Shown here in pieces: positions 25,908 through 40,118 of a stretch of 64,000 nucleotides of DNA. The stretch lies in assembly GCF_006345805.1 (NCBI RefSeq), contig NC_042998.1, forward strand, positions 185,752,001 to 185,816,000, in the 5' to 3' direction. The notes beneath the pieces were generated by a model. The model was not told the origin of the DNA. It did not search any database and saw nothing but the letters and a program-made list of their open reading frames with translations. The stretch is from Octopus sinensis (taxonomy: Eukaryota). Position 1 is the first letter of the stretch; every line of letters begins with the position of its first letter. Made by a program: the position numbers and the translations under genes.

Positions 25908-26739
25908 ATCACAAAAGTTATTGTTTGTCTCTTTTTTTTCACAGTATTTATTGGTGTAATATTTATGTGGAATTCAATGCTATCTTGTCCACTTCATCAT
26001 CGTTTTTACATTCTCACAAATCAATGAATATTTCTATATTGGAACAAGCATTTTCAGATTGGATCATATTATCAGAGTATTTATCACTGAGAAGACTAAG
26101 TCAAGTTGAAACACTTACTGGCAATCCGTTGGCATTCTGAGCAAAGCCTTGTGTTTTTTAACAAGTTTCTTTGAAAGGTTTCTCTGAGATAAAATATTAC
26201 AGCTGGTGCCATTCCACATTTGTATAACATTATAAATGGCTTCCATGCCAGTGGCACGTAAAAGGGCACCATTCGAGCGTGATCGTTACCAACGTCACTT
26301 TACTGGCACCTGTGCTGGTGGCATGTGTAAAAGGATTCGAGTGAGGTCGTTGCCAGTACCGCCTGACTGGCCCTCGTGCTGGTGGCACGTAAAAATCACC
26401 CGCTACACTCTCGGAGTGGTTTGCGTTAGGAAGGGCATCCAGCTGTAGAAACTCTGCCAAATCAAGATTGGAGACTGGTGCAACCATCTGGTTCGCCAGC
26501 CCTCTGTCGAAATCGTCCAACCCATGCTAGCATGGAAAGCGAACGTTAAACGATGATGATGATGACACTGGTATTTTATTCATTTTACCATGCCGACATA
26601 AGGCAGAAGCAGTCTAATTGTGATCAATTATCATTTCTTTTGTAAGGTGTAAGGTTCAGCATCTTAAGATCAACCTTCCCTATGTCTTTCCCACTGCAGG
26701 TGTCCTCCACAAGGATTACTTATGTACCCAACTGTTTTC

Positions 26740-27100
26740 TTTTGTATGCATCAATTATCTGTACCAGTACAGTCCTCTTTCTTGAACACTGCTTCAGAAT
26801 CTTCTATTGCCCATGTTTTCTTCCAGCTCACTTACTTGCACCATCTTTCATGCATGGTATTACATATTCATTGGAGCATACATGCTTCATTTCTTTCCAG
26901 CTTTTCCATTCTCTTCACATTCAGTGCCTGTCTTGCTACTGTGCTGAATAACACTTTGCATAAGCACCATACAATCTACTTTTCGCTTGCAGAGAGAAAC
27001 CCCTTTGTCGCCAACAGAGGTAATAGATTTCTGAACTTCTTGCCATTCCTGAATATGGCTATTATGTTTTTACAATACTGCTGATTTGATCACCTAGGTA
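26740..27100 (-). mobile_element. RTE-clade LINE fragment
   Basis: Nucleotide similarity to 16900-17190 (e.g. gagagaaaccctttgtcgccaac; aggtaatagatttctgaactt). Confidence 0.6.
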
Positions 27101-27189
27101 TCAGAAGCTGTTAACTACTTCTAGCCAGCCTTCTAACAACTCTTGTTTTTATATCTTTATACAAAACCCTACTTGTGAAGACCTGTTGT

Positions 27190-27608
27190 GGCAAGTGAAA
27201 TCAAAAGCTAAATCGATCAACATCAATGGAAATTGTAGCTGTGATACCAGTGCCGGTGGCACATAAGAGAACCATCCGAACGTGGCCGACTGGCTTCCGT
27301 GCCTGTGGCATGTAAAAAGCACCATCCGATCATGGCCTTTGCCAGCCTCGCTTGGCCTCCGTGCTGGTGGCACGTAAAAAGCACCATCTGACTGTGGCCG
27401 TTTGCCAGCCTCGTTTGGCACCTGTGCCGGTGGAACGTAAAAAGCACCCACTACACTCATGAAGTGGTTGGCGTTAGGAAGGGCATCCAGCCATAGAAAC
27501 ATTGCCAGATCAGACTGGGCCTGGTGCAGCCTTCTGGTTTCCCAGACCCCAGTTGCACCGTCCAACCCATGCCAGCATGAGAAGTGGACGCTAAATGATG
27601 ATGATGAT
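27190..27608 (+). mobile_element. RTE-associated 3'UTR/SINE tail ending in (GAT)n, with four hairpin modules
   Basis: gttggcgttaggaagggcatccagc...catgctagcatggaaa...gatgatgat; other copies at 19543-19806, 20165-20315, 23410-23592, 24510-24845, 26236-26565, 27823-28047, 36145-36350, 37590-37962, 43725-43880 and 46330-46672. Confidence 0.8.
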
Positions 27609-29599
27609 CTGTAGCTATTCATTTCTGTTAACCTACATGAGATCCCCCTGCACCTTTCATACATTCATATTTTTACAGTATAGAGTTCTCTCTAACTCCT
27701 TTACTGCACATCTTATTCTTTGGCTGATTCAGCTGTGAGAACTAAGCTAGTCTTGAACTCTTTGATAATAAACAAGGGGTGCTGTAAATTGACCACTGAT
27801 GGACACCTACTTGCATGATAAATTCATCATCATCATCATCATAGTTTAACGTCCGTTCTCCATGCTAGCATGGGTTGGATGGTTCGACCGGGGGGTCTGG
27901 GAAGCCAGAAGGCTGCACCAGGCTCCAGTCTGATCTGGCAGTGTTTTTACAGCTGGATGCCCTTCCTAATGCCAACCACTCCGTGAGTGTAGTGGGTGCT
28001 TTTTACGTGTCACCTGCACAGGTGCCAGGCGAGGTTGGCAACGGCTAAATTCTTCACTGAATTTGTTAAACTATTACTTTGCTGATAGTACCTCTGTACA
28101 TGACTTGCATAGCACTCACCCACCATTCATCTACACTCGATTTTCGTAGTGACTGCTAGACTAGGAGCATGGTACCCTACCAAAGACCTTCTCCAGTTCA
28201 GTGAACGGTAAGTATAGTGGTTTGCTCTTGGCTAAGAACTTTTCCTCTAGTTGTCTTACTAAAAACAGGCATTGGTAATTCATCATCCTGGTACAAATCC
28301 AAACTGCGTCTCTAAGTTAATTCTCACCCTGATAAGCTGTGCTTTAATTTTCTCTATCACTCTCATCACTTAGGACATCTCTTTGGTACTTCTTTAATTG
28401 CTTTTTCTACTAAAGTATATCTTCTATTCTTGACAGTATTTCTGTTGCATCAGTCATTGGGGATATCATTTTTCCTTACATGACTTGAGTGACTATGAAA
28501 GTGATTTGCATGTATTCTACTTAAACAAATTTTCAAACTCTCACTGACTACCCCTGTTAGTCATGTTGCTTTTCCTGTCTTTATATCCATAATGGCTTTG
28601 TCAACTCTATACTATTCGACTTTAACATCTGATCCCTACTTGAGGCAGTCTGTTTCTCTCCCATACATTCTCCTCATTCTGCTTCTCAGTGTCAATGACT
28701 GCAAGTGCACTACTCTCTCATCACTGGCTGCGTCTTGATTCACACAGTTTCACAATTCAGAACTCTTCATTACCCTGAGTCACGTGGCCATACACTGGCA
28801 AACCTCTTTCAGCATCTCTCCTTGTAGATATACCTGGTATCCAGCTTCTTTTTTAGCTACCTCATATTATTCTTTACTCTCCTCTTCCATTCTTTCCAGG
28901 CCAGATGAAGTAGATCTGTGATCAAAATCATTCCTGTTGTGACCATCCTGTCTTTTTTTTTTTTCTTAGTATAGTGTACCCTGAACTACATTAGCCAGTC
29001 CTTTTTTTTTTAAAGATGACAGGGCATTGTTATGTGAAGGAGATTTGACGTCTATGTTTAGCATGTTGTATGACTACATAGACTTTCTCATTGGATTGAA
29101 TCACATTGTGTTTAGTTGCAGGTCAAATTTGAGGAAACACTTCCAACTGTGACCATCTTGTTTTTTTTTTTGTATCTGACATTTCATGTCTATGGTCAGA
29201 TTAGGAGTGGCTGTGTGGTAAGTAGCTTGCTTACCAACCACGTGGTTCCGGGTTCAGTCCCACTACGGGGCACCTTGGGCAAGTTTCTTCTACTATAGCC
29301 TTGGGCTGACCAAAGCCTCGTGAGTGGATTTGGTAGATGGAAACTGAAAGAAGCCAGTCGTATATATGTATGTGTGTATGTTTCTGTATCTGTGTTTGTC
29401 CCCTCCAACATCGCTTAACAACTGATGCTGGTGTGTTTACGTCCCTGTAACTTAGCAGTTTGGCATGAGAGACCGATAGAATAAGTACTAGGCTTACAAA
29501 GAATACATCCTGGGGTCGATTTGCTCGACTAAAGGCGGTGCTCCAGCATGGCCACAGTCGCATGACCGAAACAAGTAAAAGAGTAAAGAGTTTCTTTTT

Positions 29600-29870
29600 T
29601 TTAAGACAGTAGGATGTGACTTGAAGAAGAGTTGGCTGCTACTTCTAACATTGAATGACCATGTAGAGCCTCCTCTCCCACATCCCTCTGTGTCTTATGT
29701 TGGCATCCTTTTTGTCTCGGGAGACAATGGAGTTGCGCATAAAGTAGTCTAGTCCGGCTTTTACATTTCATGTCCTGATACATTTCCTGCTGTGGCTGTG
29801 TAGTCCTATCCTGGACAAACACTCCCTCTGGCAGGTACCGCAAATGTAGCGAAGACTGTTCCTGTGTCTT
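29600..29870 (-). mobile_element. RTE-clade LINE C-terminal zinc-finger fragment
   Basis: Minus frame YICGTCQRECLSRIGLHSHSRKC matches the RTE C..C.R.C.SRIGL.SH.R.C motif. Confidence 0.8.
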
Positions 29871-30115
29871 AGGTAAAGCATTATTAATTGTCTACCAAGG
29901 TTGGATAGTTAACTCTTTAAATGAAAAAATTCTAAATGTGCAAGAACCAAGATTGTTGACCTTTTCATGTGGGAGGGGGGTCATGTTTAATCAGTGGCAG
30001 CTATCTTATTGTGTTTTTTGGTAAAACTTACAAATCTGTATGTGCGAAAACATTTATTTTAATAATGTTTCAAAGCTTTCTGTTTTGGTTTTCTGCAAAA
30101 ATCAATGTAACACCT

Positions 30116-30775
30116 ATTTCTTTACTACCCACAAGGGGCTAAACACAGAGGGGACAAACAAGGACAGACAAACGGATTAAGTTGATTACATCGACCCCAG
30201 TAACTGGTACTTAATTTATTGACCCCGAAAAGATGAAAGGCAAAGTCGAACTCAGCGGAATTTGAACTCAGAACGTAACGGCAGATGAAATACAGCTACG
30301 CATTTTGCCCGGCGTGCTAACATTGCTTATTTTTTTATTGCCCACAAGGGGCTAAACATAGAGGGGACAAACAAGGACACACAAAGGGATTAAGTCGATA
30401 ACATTGACCCCAGTGCGTAACTAGTACTTATTTAATCGACCCCGAAAGGATGAAAGGCAAAGTCGACCTTGGCGGAATTTGAACTCAGAACGTAACGGCA
30501 GATGAAATACAGCTACGCATTTTGCCCGGCGTGCTAACATTGCTTATTTTTTATTGCCCACAAGGGGCTAAACATAGAGTGGACAAACAAGGACACACAA
30601 AGGGATTAAGTCGATAACATTGACCCCAGTGCGTAACTGGTACTTATTTAATCGACCCCGAAAGGATGAAAGGCAAAGTCGACCTCGGCGGAATTTGAAC
30701 TCAGAATGTAACGGCAGACGAAATACGGCTACGCATTTCACCCGGCGTGCTGACGTTTCTGCCAGCTCGCTGCCT
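30116..30775 (-). mobile_element. SINE family B trimer within a single 14-bp TSD
   Basis: TCAATGTAACACCT at 30102-30115 and 30776-30789. Confidence 0.85.
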
Positions 30776-33285
30776 TCAATGTAACACCTGAAAAGCAGAA
30801 GTCTAGAAACAAAACAAAGATCTTTTTATTTTCTCTAATGTTTTTATTCCATTCAAACCAAATTTTACATGGTTTTCTGTTTTGGTAGAAGTACTATTTT
30901 TTTTTTCTCAATTCTATTTCCGTATAGTTTTTTGTGTGTAACATAGAAATTGTTATAAATAAGTAACTTATAAGAACTGCTACATTCATGCACAAAGATG
31001 TTTAGAAATAAGTAGAACAGGATTAACAACACATTTTAACAAAAAATTTTGGATATGGAGAGTGTTCTTATGACAGGTTCAAGCCTTTTGCTTTTTATAT
31101 TAGCAATTGAAATATTGTTTGTTCATGGAAATTTTTTCAGACAATAAACTAATTCTGTCACTGGTATTGCTACAAATAACATATTTCTAAATCTCAGACT
31201 CTGGTGTTTAGCTCACTTGATGTGAAGTAAAGGAGCGATAAATGTTTTCTTTGATATGATACTAATTTTAGATGCTATCCTTGATAATCTCGTACCTAGT
31301 CCTGATAGCTAAATGAACAGGTTGTCTAGTACCTTATCTACCCAGCTACTTAGCTTTTGTGTAAAGTATGATGGATGGGAATTTCCAAACAGTATATACT
31401 CAGTATGTGCTAGTTATACTGTATTTCTGTCTTATATTATCTGCACTTTTTAAACTATTATACACTATCATTTAAACAAACACTTGACAGTTATTGAAAT
31501 GTAAGAAAATATTTTCTTAAAGCACAAAATTACTTCAGTGATGAACTAAATATATGTCTTATATGAAATTTATTATTTTTTTTTGTTGTGCTCTTCTTGT
31601 CAAATCTGGATGATAATTCAGATGTTCACACTGAACTAAGGAATATATGGGAGGCTGAATGCAACTCAAGAAAACTGAAATTTCAACACAGGATGCACGG
31701 TTTCTCAACATTGTTTTAGAGCAAGACTAAATGTATATTCTTACACAAAATTAATCTTATTTCAATAAATGTTAATTGAGAGGATTAAAGAAAACTATAA
31801 TTATTGAGTTTTCTTTGTATCAAGTTATTCAAAATGATATCTATGTCTTCAAGTTATGATTCTTTAGCATGATATGCAATTTAATTAAGGGGAGTGATGT
31901 GTGTGAACAGTAAAAGTGAAGGAAACATGGTGTAGTTAAAAAGTATTGGCAGTGAGATGTTAGTTATTGAGACAGTGAAATGTGAATAGTGCTGGGGAAA
32001 ACATGAAAAGTTGGTAAAAAGATGGAAAGTGAAAGAAATATTAAGAGGGTGGCGATGAATTTGAAATTGTAAGATTTTTGCAAATCTAATGTGATTTTCT
32101 GAAAGTAAAATTTGCACACTTAAGTAGAAAAAAACACTTTTGCAAGAAAGAAAGTGTAAATAAAAGACATCTAAATATGATGGTACATTTGATAAAAATT
32201 AAGACTATATATGATCATGTGGTCAACCTCTACTATAACCATTATCTGCAATCTTGGTTGCTTCAACATACCTGGCTGACAAACCCCATTCTTTGTAGTT
32301 GTGTAGGTAGCAGCAGAAGAGCATCCATTTGTATAAAGAATTGCTTCAATATACTGGAAATATTGCAAAATCATTCTATCCATGCTAATGTCGAATGAGT
32401 ATAAAACAGCAAAAATGTTACTTATTTGTAGCAAACAGAAAATGTAGACATGAAAATAGATATTGAAATGGTATAAGCTGATGGTAAAGGATGCCTAGAA
32501 CAGAAATAAGCTAAGGAATTTTGAGAAAAATGTAGTGAAGACAAATTTTGCTATTTAAAAATGTAAATTTTGTCGGCAGTAATGAAAAGAAGGGAGTGGA
32601 TTATTCATCAAGTCTGTGATTTTACTTTGAATTATATTTTTAAAAACATTTTAAAGGTTAGTTTTTGTCAGTTTATTTTCATTTCATCACAACTTTGGTC
32701 TGTATTTCAATGAGATTATCAAACTCAGTATGTATGTTTTGGAAACGCTTTAAAAGCTTGCTTCCTGGACATTTATTTGTGACATTTGTAACCTTGAAAA
32801 TATTTAACACAGTAATCTTATTACTGCAAAAGTGACCTTATGTTTACTCTTTGATGTTTTCCACAACCATCTTATGAATGCCTTTCCTTTGCAATTAGAA
32901 AGTTAGAATGTGATTTATTTACGAACTGACATTTACATCTTTTATTTCCCTCTAGTGCTTGTGGCTGTAATCTTACAAGCAAGTGTAGATATAAGTCTAA
33001 GCAATTTTAAGCCTTGGAAGCAGATTAAACTAGAAATTGTTTCATGTCTTGTTTAAATTATTTAACTTTTAGTATTTTCCCTAAAATTCATTTCCTCCTT
33101 TATTATGAAGAAAGACATTCACAATATGTTTTAGATGAGATTAAATAATACAGAACTGATATTTTATTACAAAATATAACATTTTTCAAACAATTATGTT
33201 AAAGGAAAATGAAAAAGAAAAAAGCACTTTCTTCAACAGAATACAAATTCACATTTTGTTTTAGTTTAAATTACAGAAAAAAATC

Positions 33286-33291
33286 TTTATT
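33286..33291 (-). terminator. Candidate polyadenylation signal for the DNase I-like gene
   Basis: AATAAA on minus, about 35 nt after TAA. Confidence 0.45.
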
Positions 33292-33325
33292 GTGTAGAAA
33301 TATGCTTCATTGAGTGTGACTAGCT

Positions 33326-33499
33326 TTAAAGGAGTAATAAAGCCATGCAGAGAAGCCCTAAAGAAATTTCAATGATCAAATTTGAACCTCCACTGGTTGT
33401 AGTTACTTCAGGTTGTGGTGTTTTTAAAGTTGAGTTAGGTTTCTCTGTAGTCACTTGAAGTGCAAATTCTATAGGATAGTGGACAGTGACCTTTTCAGC
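33326..33499 (-). CDS. DNase I-like protein, last exon (AEKVTVHYPIEF + S/T/P stalk + hydrophobic GPI-type tail)
   Basis: ttgttctttttcag acceptor, phase 0; HYP(I/V)E motif of DNase I; ends TSGGSNLIIEISLGLLCMALLLL*. Confidence 0.88.
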   Translation of the reverse strand, partial: AEKVTVHYPIEFALQVTTEKPNSTLKTPQPEVTTTSGGSNLIIEISLGLLCMALLLL

Positions 33500-35783
33500 C
33501 TGAAAAAGAACAAGAAAAATTTGGAAATATGCACTATGAAACCTTTTTGTAAATTATTGATTAAACATAATCGAATTTAATTAATAAAAAAAAAAAAAAG
33601 CTAATTCTAAAGTCAAATGATTTAAAACAAGCTTGAAATAATATGAATATTGATTCTTAAATCAGGTATGTTGATGTGTTTTAATTAGCAGCGTAAACCT
33701 TAAGTACTGGAAATAAGGTGTGATGTTGAAGTTTTGATTAAATTATCCCAAATTGTTCTGTTGCCAACTCTGTGTACAAGAAAGGGGAAAACATTTTTAA
33801 ATAGAGTAAACTTCATTCTTAGATTGAGTGAAAAAAAAATTAAACCATGTTTTCCTTGAGAAAGCATTTGAGTGGTTTCAGCAAAATGCTCTATGGATAA
33901 CAAGAAAATACAGAATTATCTCTCATATTTTTTGGTAATTTTACCACTATTTTAGAGTGAAAACTGTCTTATATTTTGATAAAACCATCAGAGTTCTGCA
34001 GATAACAGATGCAAGGAGTTGCTTTTTATTCCAAGTCAACTTTGAATGAGGTTTTATGATTGGAAGTGTTCAGTCATGATTATCCAAGCTTTTTGTGACT
34101 ACATTGTCCCATATGTGCTTTTAAAATGAGAGTGTGTGATTTAAGGGGGATTTGACTACTACTTCTAGTAGGTTGAGGCTCTTCACTATTTGATGGTTAA
34201 AAGAATGAAATCAATTCTTTTAATTTCGGAAGAAGAAACAATGCCATGATCTTTGTAGGCCATGTTAAAATGTTCTTTCATGTGAATATCTTCACTAGAA
34301 ACAATGATATTAGTATTTGGTGAAGAGATAAGAGCTCAAAATATTGTACAACCTTTAAAAGTAACTGCATGGAAAACATGAGCTGAAATGGGCTTCGGAG
34401 AAGCTGTACTTATAGAGGGAAATGGGTTGATTGAGATAAGTGCTTAGTGAGGGATTGAGGAGTAAAGCAGAGTAAGGGTGATGAGAGGAGAGGAAGTGAT
34501 TGTACCAAGTAAGCAAGAATTGACAATTTAGAGATGAGAAATTGTTTTGGGGATTTGGAAGATCACTGAAGTAATCTTATTACTGCAAAAGGTGAGGAAA
34601 GTAATTAGTGCAGACAATTCAAGGTGGTATCAGTAAAAAGAAACATTAATGCCAACAACTCATTACTTCTAACACACATGTTAATGAAAATGTATATCCA
34701 TCTTTGATCCATTTTGAACAATAAAATGTTAAGTTCAGAAGTTTTAGACAAAATCACACAAATTATATCAACATCTCGCAGTTTCAGAGTGCTATTCATT
34801 TTTTATTTCTATTACAATTAGTGAACATTAGTACAAGTGGTTACAGGTTTCCAATGAGCCAAACACTGGTTCACTGTATTTCAAGCTGTGAGTAACAATT
34901 TGGAACAGACAAATGTCACATGGGATTTCATTTGACATGCATCAGTCTTTCAATTTTTTATTTTTTGATGTTTACATCTTTTGCTGATATACACATGCAA
35001 TTGTGATATTCATGGAATATATAAACAAGATAGGGTCCTCAGGCTCCTGAGTAAGCATTAATTATGATGACCTGTCCAAGGGCTCAAATTAAAATATTCT
35101 TAGCGGCAAGTAGATTAAAATGAATAATATGCAGTCTTGAAAAGTTGTATAATTCACTATATAGAACCAATAATAATCCTGGTTTAGAACAGATATTACA
35201 CTGTGACCCCTACCATATATTGATTAAAGGCGGCGAGCTGGCAGAGACGTTAGCACGCCGGGCGAAGTGCTTCATAGTATCTCGCCCGTCGCTACATTCT
35301 GAGTTCAAATTCCGCCGAAGTCGACTTTGCCTTTCATCTTTTCGGGGTTGATAAATTAAGTACCAGTTATGTACTGGGGTCGATGTAATCGACTTAATCC
35401 ATTTGTCTATCCCTGTTTGTCCCCTCTATGTATAGCCCCTTGTGGGTAATGAAGAAACAGATTATATTCTGTCCATTTCAAGTTAATTACGGAATGAATA
35501 GGTTACAAACAAACAGTATTGATTATGATTTACTGTTTCAATTAATGTATTGAGTTACACTGAGAGGTTTACCATTTTTAGTTAAGCACCTCACTTTTCT
35601 AATTTCAAATATCACAGGGTCAATCTTTTTTTTTGTCCATCCAGGATCAGTAAAAGAAGTGCATGTTTTAAAATAGAATCAAGCCAGTTAATTATAACAT
35701 AACCCTACAAAGGAATCTTAAGTCTATTTCAAACAAAAACAATATAGTCAATATTTTAAGAAATGTAAAGCTTTATAACTCAC

Positions 35784-35877
35784 CATTTGTGCTGAAAGTT
35801 TGTATTCTTTATCAAACTGGAAGACAGAACCAGCATTTTGAACTATACGTTTCAAATTGCTGCCAGTTATAATTGCC
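35784..35877 (-). CDS. DNase I-like protein exon (AIITGSNLKRIVQNAGSVFQFDKEYKLSAQM)
   Basis: tattctttcacag acceptor, ATG|gtgagt donor; aligns with IVVAG..L...V..GSA.PFDFQAAYGLSNEM of DNase I; phases 2/0 fit the neighbours. Confidence 0.88.
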
Positions 35878-36670
35878 CTGTGAAAGAATACAGACATTGA
35901 GTAAGAACTGATAATAAAAGTTGAAGTTACTTGTAAATTAGAAATATCTTGTTTAACCCTTTTGATACCAGCCTGCCTGAAACCATCTCTGACTCTGTAG
36001 TACAAATGTCTTGTTTTCAAAAGTTCTGAATTAAAATCTTCCACCAAACCTTAGTCACAATTTATGTTCCTAACACTAGCTTAATAATAGCTAAGTTATT
36101 TTACTAAATTCTTTGTTATATTTAAAATTAATTGAAAGGAACACAGAGTATCATCATTATCGTTTAATGTCCGTTTTCCATGTTGGCATGGGTTTGACGG
36201 TTTGACTGAGGGCTGGAGAGCCAGTGGCTGCACCAGGCTACTGTCTGATCAGGCAATGTTTCTACAGCTGGATGCCCTTCCTAATGCCAACCACTCCGAG
36301 AGTGTAGTGGGTGCTTTTTACGTACCACCAGCACAGGAGCCAGTCAGGCCATTTTTGAGCTGACCACTCTCATTGATACCGTGAGCAGTTTTAGCTGCTC
36401 TACGTCCTTTTTTGAAGTTGAATAGCAAAATTGCTTGAATATTGCACTTTGACTGTTCCATTTCAGATAATTGTAACAACGGTGAAAAAAATATCAATGT
36501 TAATTTATTGATGCATTTGGGCAAGTCTGTGCCTGTATAATCAGACAATTGCAAAAAAATGTATTAAAAAGTTCAAAACTGCAAAAATCTGGTACAAATT
36601 CTTCATGGTTCGAAACGCTGCGTACATTTTACTCAACCTATATGTATATATATGCATGTGTATATATCTA

Positions 36671-36718
<48 letters not shown>

Positions 36719-38997
36719 GATATATATATATATATATTATGATGATATGTAACTACATAGAAACATATATGTATGTTTGTGTATTTCATGGTTTTTATTT
36801 GTCCTCCTCCACCATTTGACAGCTGGTGCAGGTTTGTTGTGTCCCTCTAACTTAGCAGTTCAACAAAAGATATTGATAAAATAAGTACCAGATTTGAAAA
36901 TAAGGCCAAAGGTCAATTTGCTCAAATAAATCTTTCAAAGCAGTGCCCCAGAATGGCCCAATGATAAATAAGTAAAACGTAAAAAATAAACCATAAGCTT
37001 AAAGACAATAACACAACTTGTACTGTGAACAAAAACTAAGAAATATTTTCATAAGAAAAGTATCAAATGTTAAGTGTACCACATAGGAATAAATTGTTTT
37101 TATATTCAAAAATAAAAGATATTAAAAATTTGTGCTGTGGAGATTTAATGATTTGCTAAAATGGGTAGGTACCATAAAATGTTCTGAAACAGCGACCTGG
37201 TGTAGAGTCATGCACATTGGCTAGTTTTCTTTTAGTAGCAATATAGTGAGATAAGGAGACAGTTGAATGGCTCACTATTGGTTGAAAGGTCAACAGTTCA
37301 TATCTCTTGTCATCATTGGCTTCAAAGACACTTAAATTTCAATGGTCCTCAGCTACAATGACAATCTACTATCAAATTAAGCAGGAGCTAATATGCATTT
37401 AAATGTCTATCTATTAACTATGTATGGTTCATGAAGAAGAAGTCTGAGAAATTTCCTTTCTCCCACTTCAGTTATTATTCTATGTACCATAAAGTTAAGG
37501 ACAGATAACTCCTTGTAAGTAGTGTAGGCCGCTGAATAATTGAGGAGAGATTTATTAATATACAGAACTGAAGTAGGGTGCCAAGAGCACCATCTGAGCA
37601 TGATCGTTGCCAGAGTGGCTAACTAGCTTCTGTGCCGATGGCACGTAAAAGGCACCTTTCGAGTGTGATTGTTACCAGCATCGCCTTACTGCCTTACTAG
37701 CACCTGTGCCAGTGGCATGTGTAAAAAGATTCGAGCGAGGTCGTTGCGAGTACCGCCAGACTGGCCCCCGTGCTGGTGGCATGTAAAAAGCACCCACTAC
37801 ACTCTCAGAGTGGTTGGCATTAGGAATGGCATCCAGCTGTAGAAACTCTGCCAGATCAAGATTGGAGCCTGGTACAGCCATCTGGTTCGCCAGCCCTCAG
37901 TCAAAATCGTCCAACCCATGCTAGCATGGAAAGTGGACGTTAAACGATGATGATGATGATGAACTCATATTCTCTACTGATCAAAAGCCTCAGTCTCAAC
38001 TCTGATAACAATAGCAACAAGAATAAGCTCAAGTTTACTATCACACAATATGGTAACAGTAGTGAAATAGATAAAATATGTATGTATCACACAGTAGCTG
38101 TGTAGTTAAATGCAACCTTCTTAATCATAGAGCAATGACTGCACTCTTTAACATGTGGTCTACATATATAATGACTGGAAGTGCAATCACCAGAACTGAA
38201 AATCAAGAAGAGAAAATATGTACACTGGAGTGGCCTCCACATATTTTCTTCAGATAGGCTTGAAACCCAAGAATATTCCAGATTTCAACTGGCCCCCTCC
38301 CACCAAACTTTTGGGCCTTGTGCATAGAGTAGAAAAGAATTATATGATGTGAAATGAAGGAACATTGCAAATTTAGTTAATCTTTTAATCTTTTACTTGT
38401 TTCAGTCATTATACTGCAGCCATGCTGGGGCACTACCTTGAAGTAGTCAAATCAAGTGGATTGACTCCAGTAGGTATTTTTTAAAGCCTGGTACTTATTC
38501 TATCAGTCTTTTTTTTCTTTTTTTACCAAACTGCTAAATTAGGGGGGACGTAAATGAACCAACACTGGTTGTCCAGCATTGGTGAGGGACAAACACAGAC
38601 ACAAAGACACACACACACATACACACACATGCACGAAACACATAATTATGACAGGCTACTTTTAGTTTCCATCTACCAAATCCACTCACAAGGCATTGGT
38701 CGACCCGAGGCTATAGTAGAAGACACTTGCTTAAGGTGTCACACAGTGGGACTGAACCTAGAACTATGGTTGAGAAGCAAACTTTTTTGCCTCACAGCCA
38801 CACCTGCATCTTGGGAAAAAGAAAGTTCAATAGGCGCAGGAGTGGCTGTGTGGTAAGTAGCATGCTAACCAACCACATGGTTCCGGGTTCAGTCCCACTG
38901 CGTGGCATCTTGGGCATGTGTCTTCTGCTATAGCCCCGGGCCGACCAAAGCCTTGTGAGTGGATTTGGAAGACGGAAACTGAAAGAAGCCTGTCGTA

Positions 38998-39048
<51 letters not shown>

Positions 39049-39309
39049 ATACGTTTGTGTGTCTGTGTTTGTCCCTCTAGCATTGCTTAACAACCGATGC
39101 TGGTGTGTCTACGTCCCCGTCACTTAGCGGTTCGGCAAAAGAGACCGATAGAATAAGTACTGGGCTTACAAAGAATAAGTCCCGGGGTCAATTTGCTCGA
39201 CTAAAGGCGGTGCTCCAGCATGGCCGCAGTCAAGTGACTGAAACAAGTAAAAGAGTTAAAGAGTAAAGAGACCTGAAATTGGAAAAAAAAATCAATTAGC
39301 CATACTCAC

Positions 39310-39571
39310 TGGTCAAAAGCACAGCTGTTATCCTCAATTGTTGTATCATTAGAGATCAACCACTTGTAATTCTTATCCTTCACCATCAGTAGATCTTTTT
39401 TGCATTCAGTGTTGCAGTATTGGCAATCTGTGTTCAGTGTACCCATGATGACAAAATTTTTCTGACTAACTTTCTTATCCAGCTCATTTATTACTTCAAC
39501 AAGTGAATCCATTTCCTCCTTTACATTATCTGAATCCACGTGAATACCAATGACCGTCACTTCAGTTATAT
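39310..39571 (-). CDS. DNase I-like protein exon (ITEVTVIGIH...IMGTLNTDCQY...WLISNDTT...CAFD)
   Basis: cctatttttcag acceptor, CA|gtgagt donor; matches H134, MGDFNADC.Y, WLI..DTT and CAYD segments of DNase I. Confidence 0.92.
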
Positions 39572-39615
39572 CTGAAAAATAGGAAGAAAAATCATAACTT
39601 AAAGAAACGGAGAAA

Positions 39616-39747
39616 ATGTGTGTGTGTCTGTGTGTGTGTGTGTCTGTGTGTGTGTGTGTCTGTGTGTGTTACTTAATTTCTAATTTACTAACATTTGTTC
39701 AATTTGCATGCATGTATGTGTGTGTGTGTATATGTATGAATGCATGC

Positions 39748-39780
<33 letters not shown>

Positions 39781-40086
39781 TGTATGCATGTATGCATGTA
39801 TGTATGTATGCATGTGTGTATGTATGTATGTATGTATGTATGTATGTGTGTATGTATGTATGTATGTGTGTATGTATGTATATGTATGTATGTGTATGTA
39901 TGTATGTATGTATGCATGTATGTATGTATGTATGTATGTATGCATATATGTATGTATGTATGTATGCATATATGTATGTATGTATGTATGTATATGTATG
40001 TATGTATGTATGTATATATGTGTGTATGTGTGTATGTATATGTATGTGTGTATGTATGTATGCATATATGTATGTATGTATGTATG

Positions 40087-40118
<32 letters not shown>

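Noticed and set aside
30116-30775. Regularly spaced repeats superficially like a CRISPR array
   Set aside because: Units are ~220-bp SINE copies without unique spacers, in eukaryotic DNA with no cas genes.
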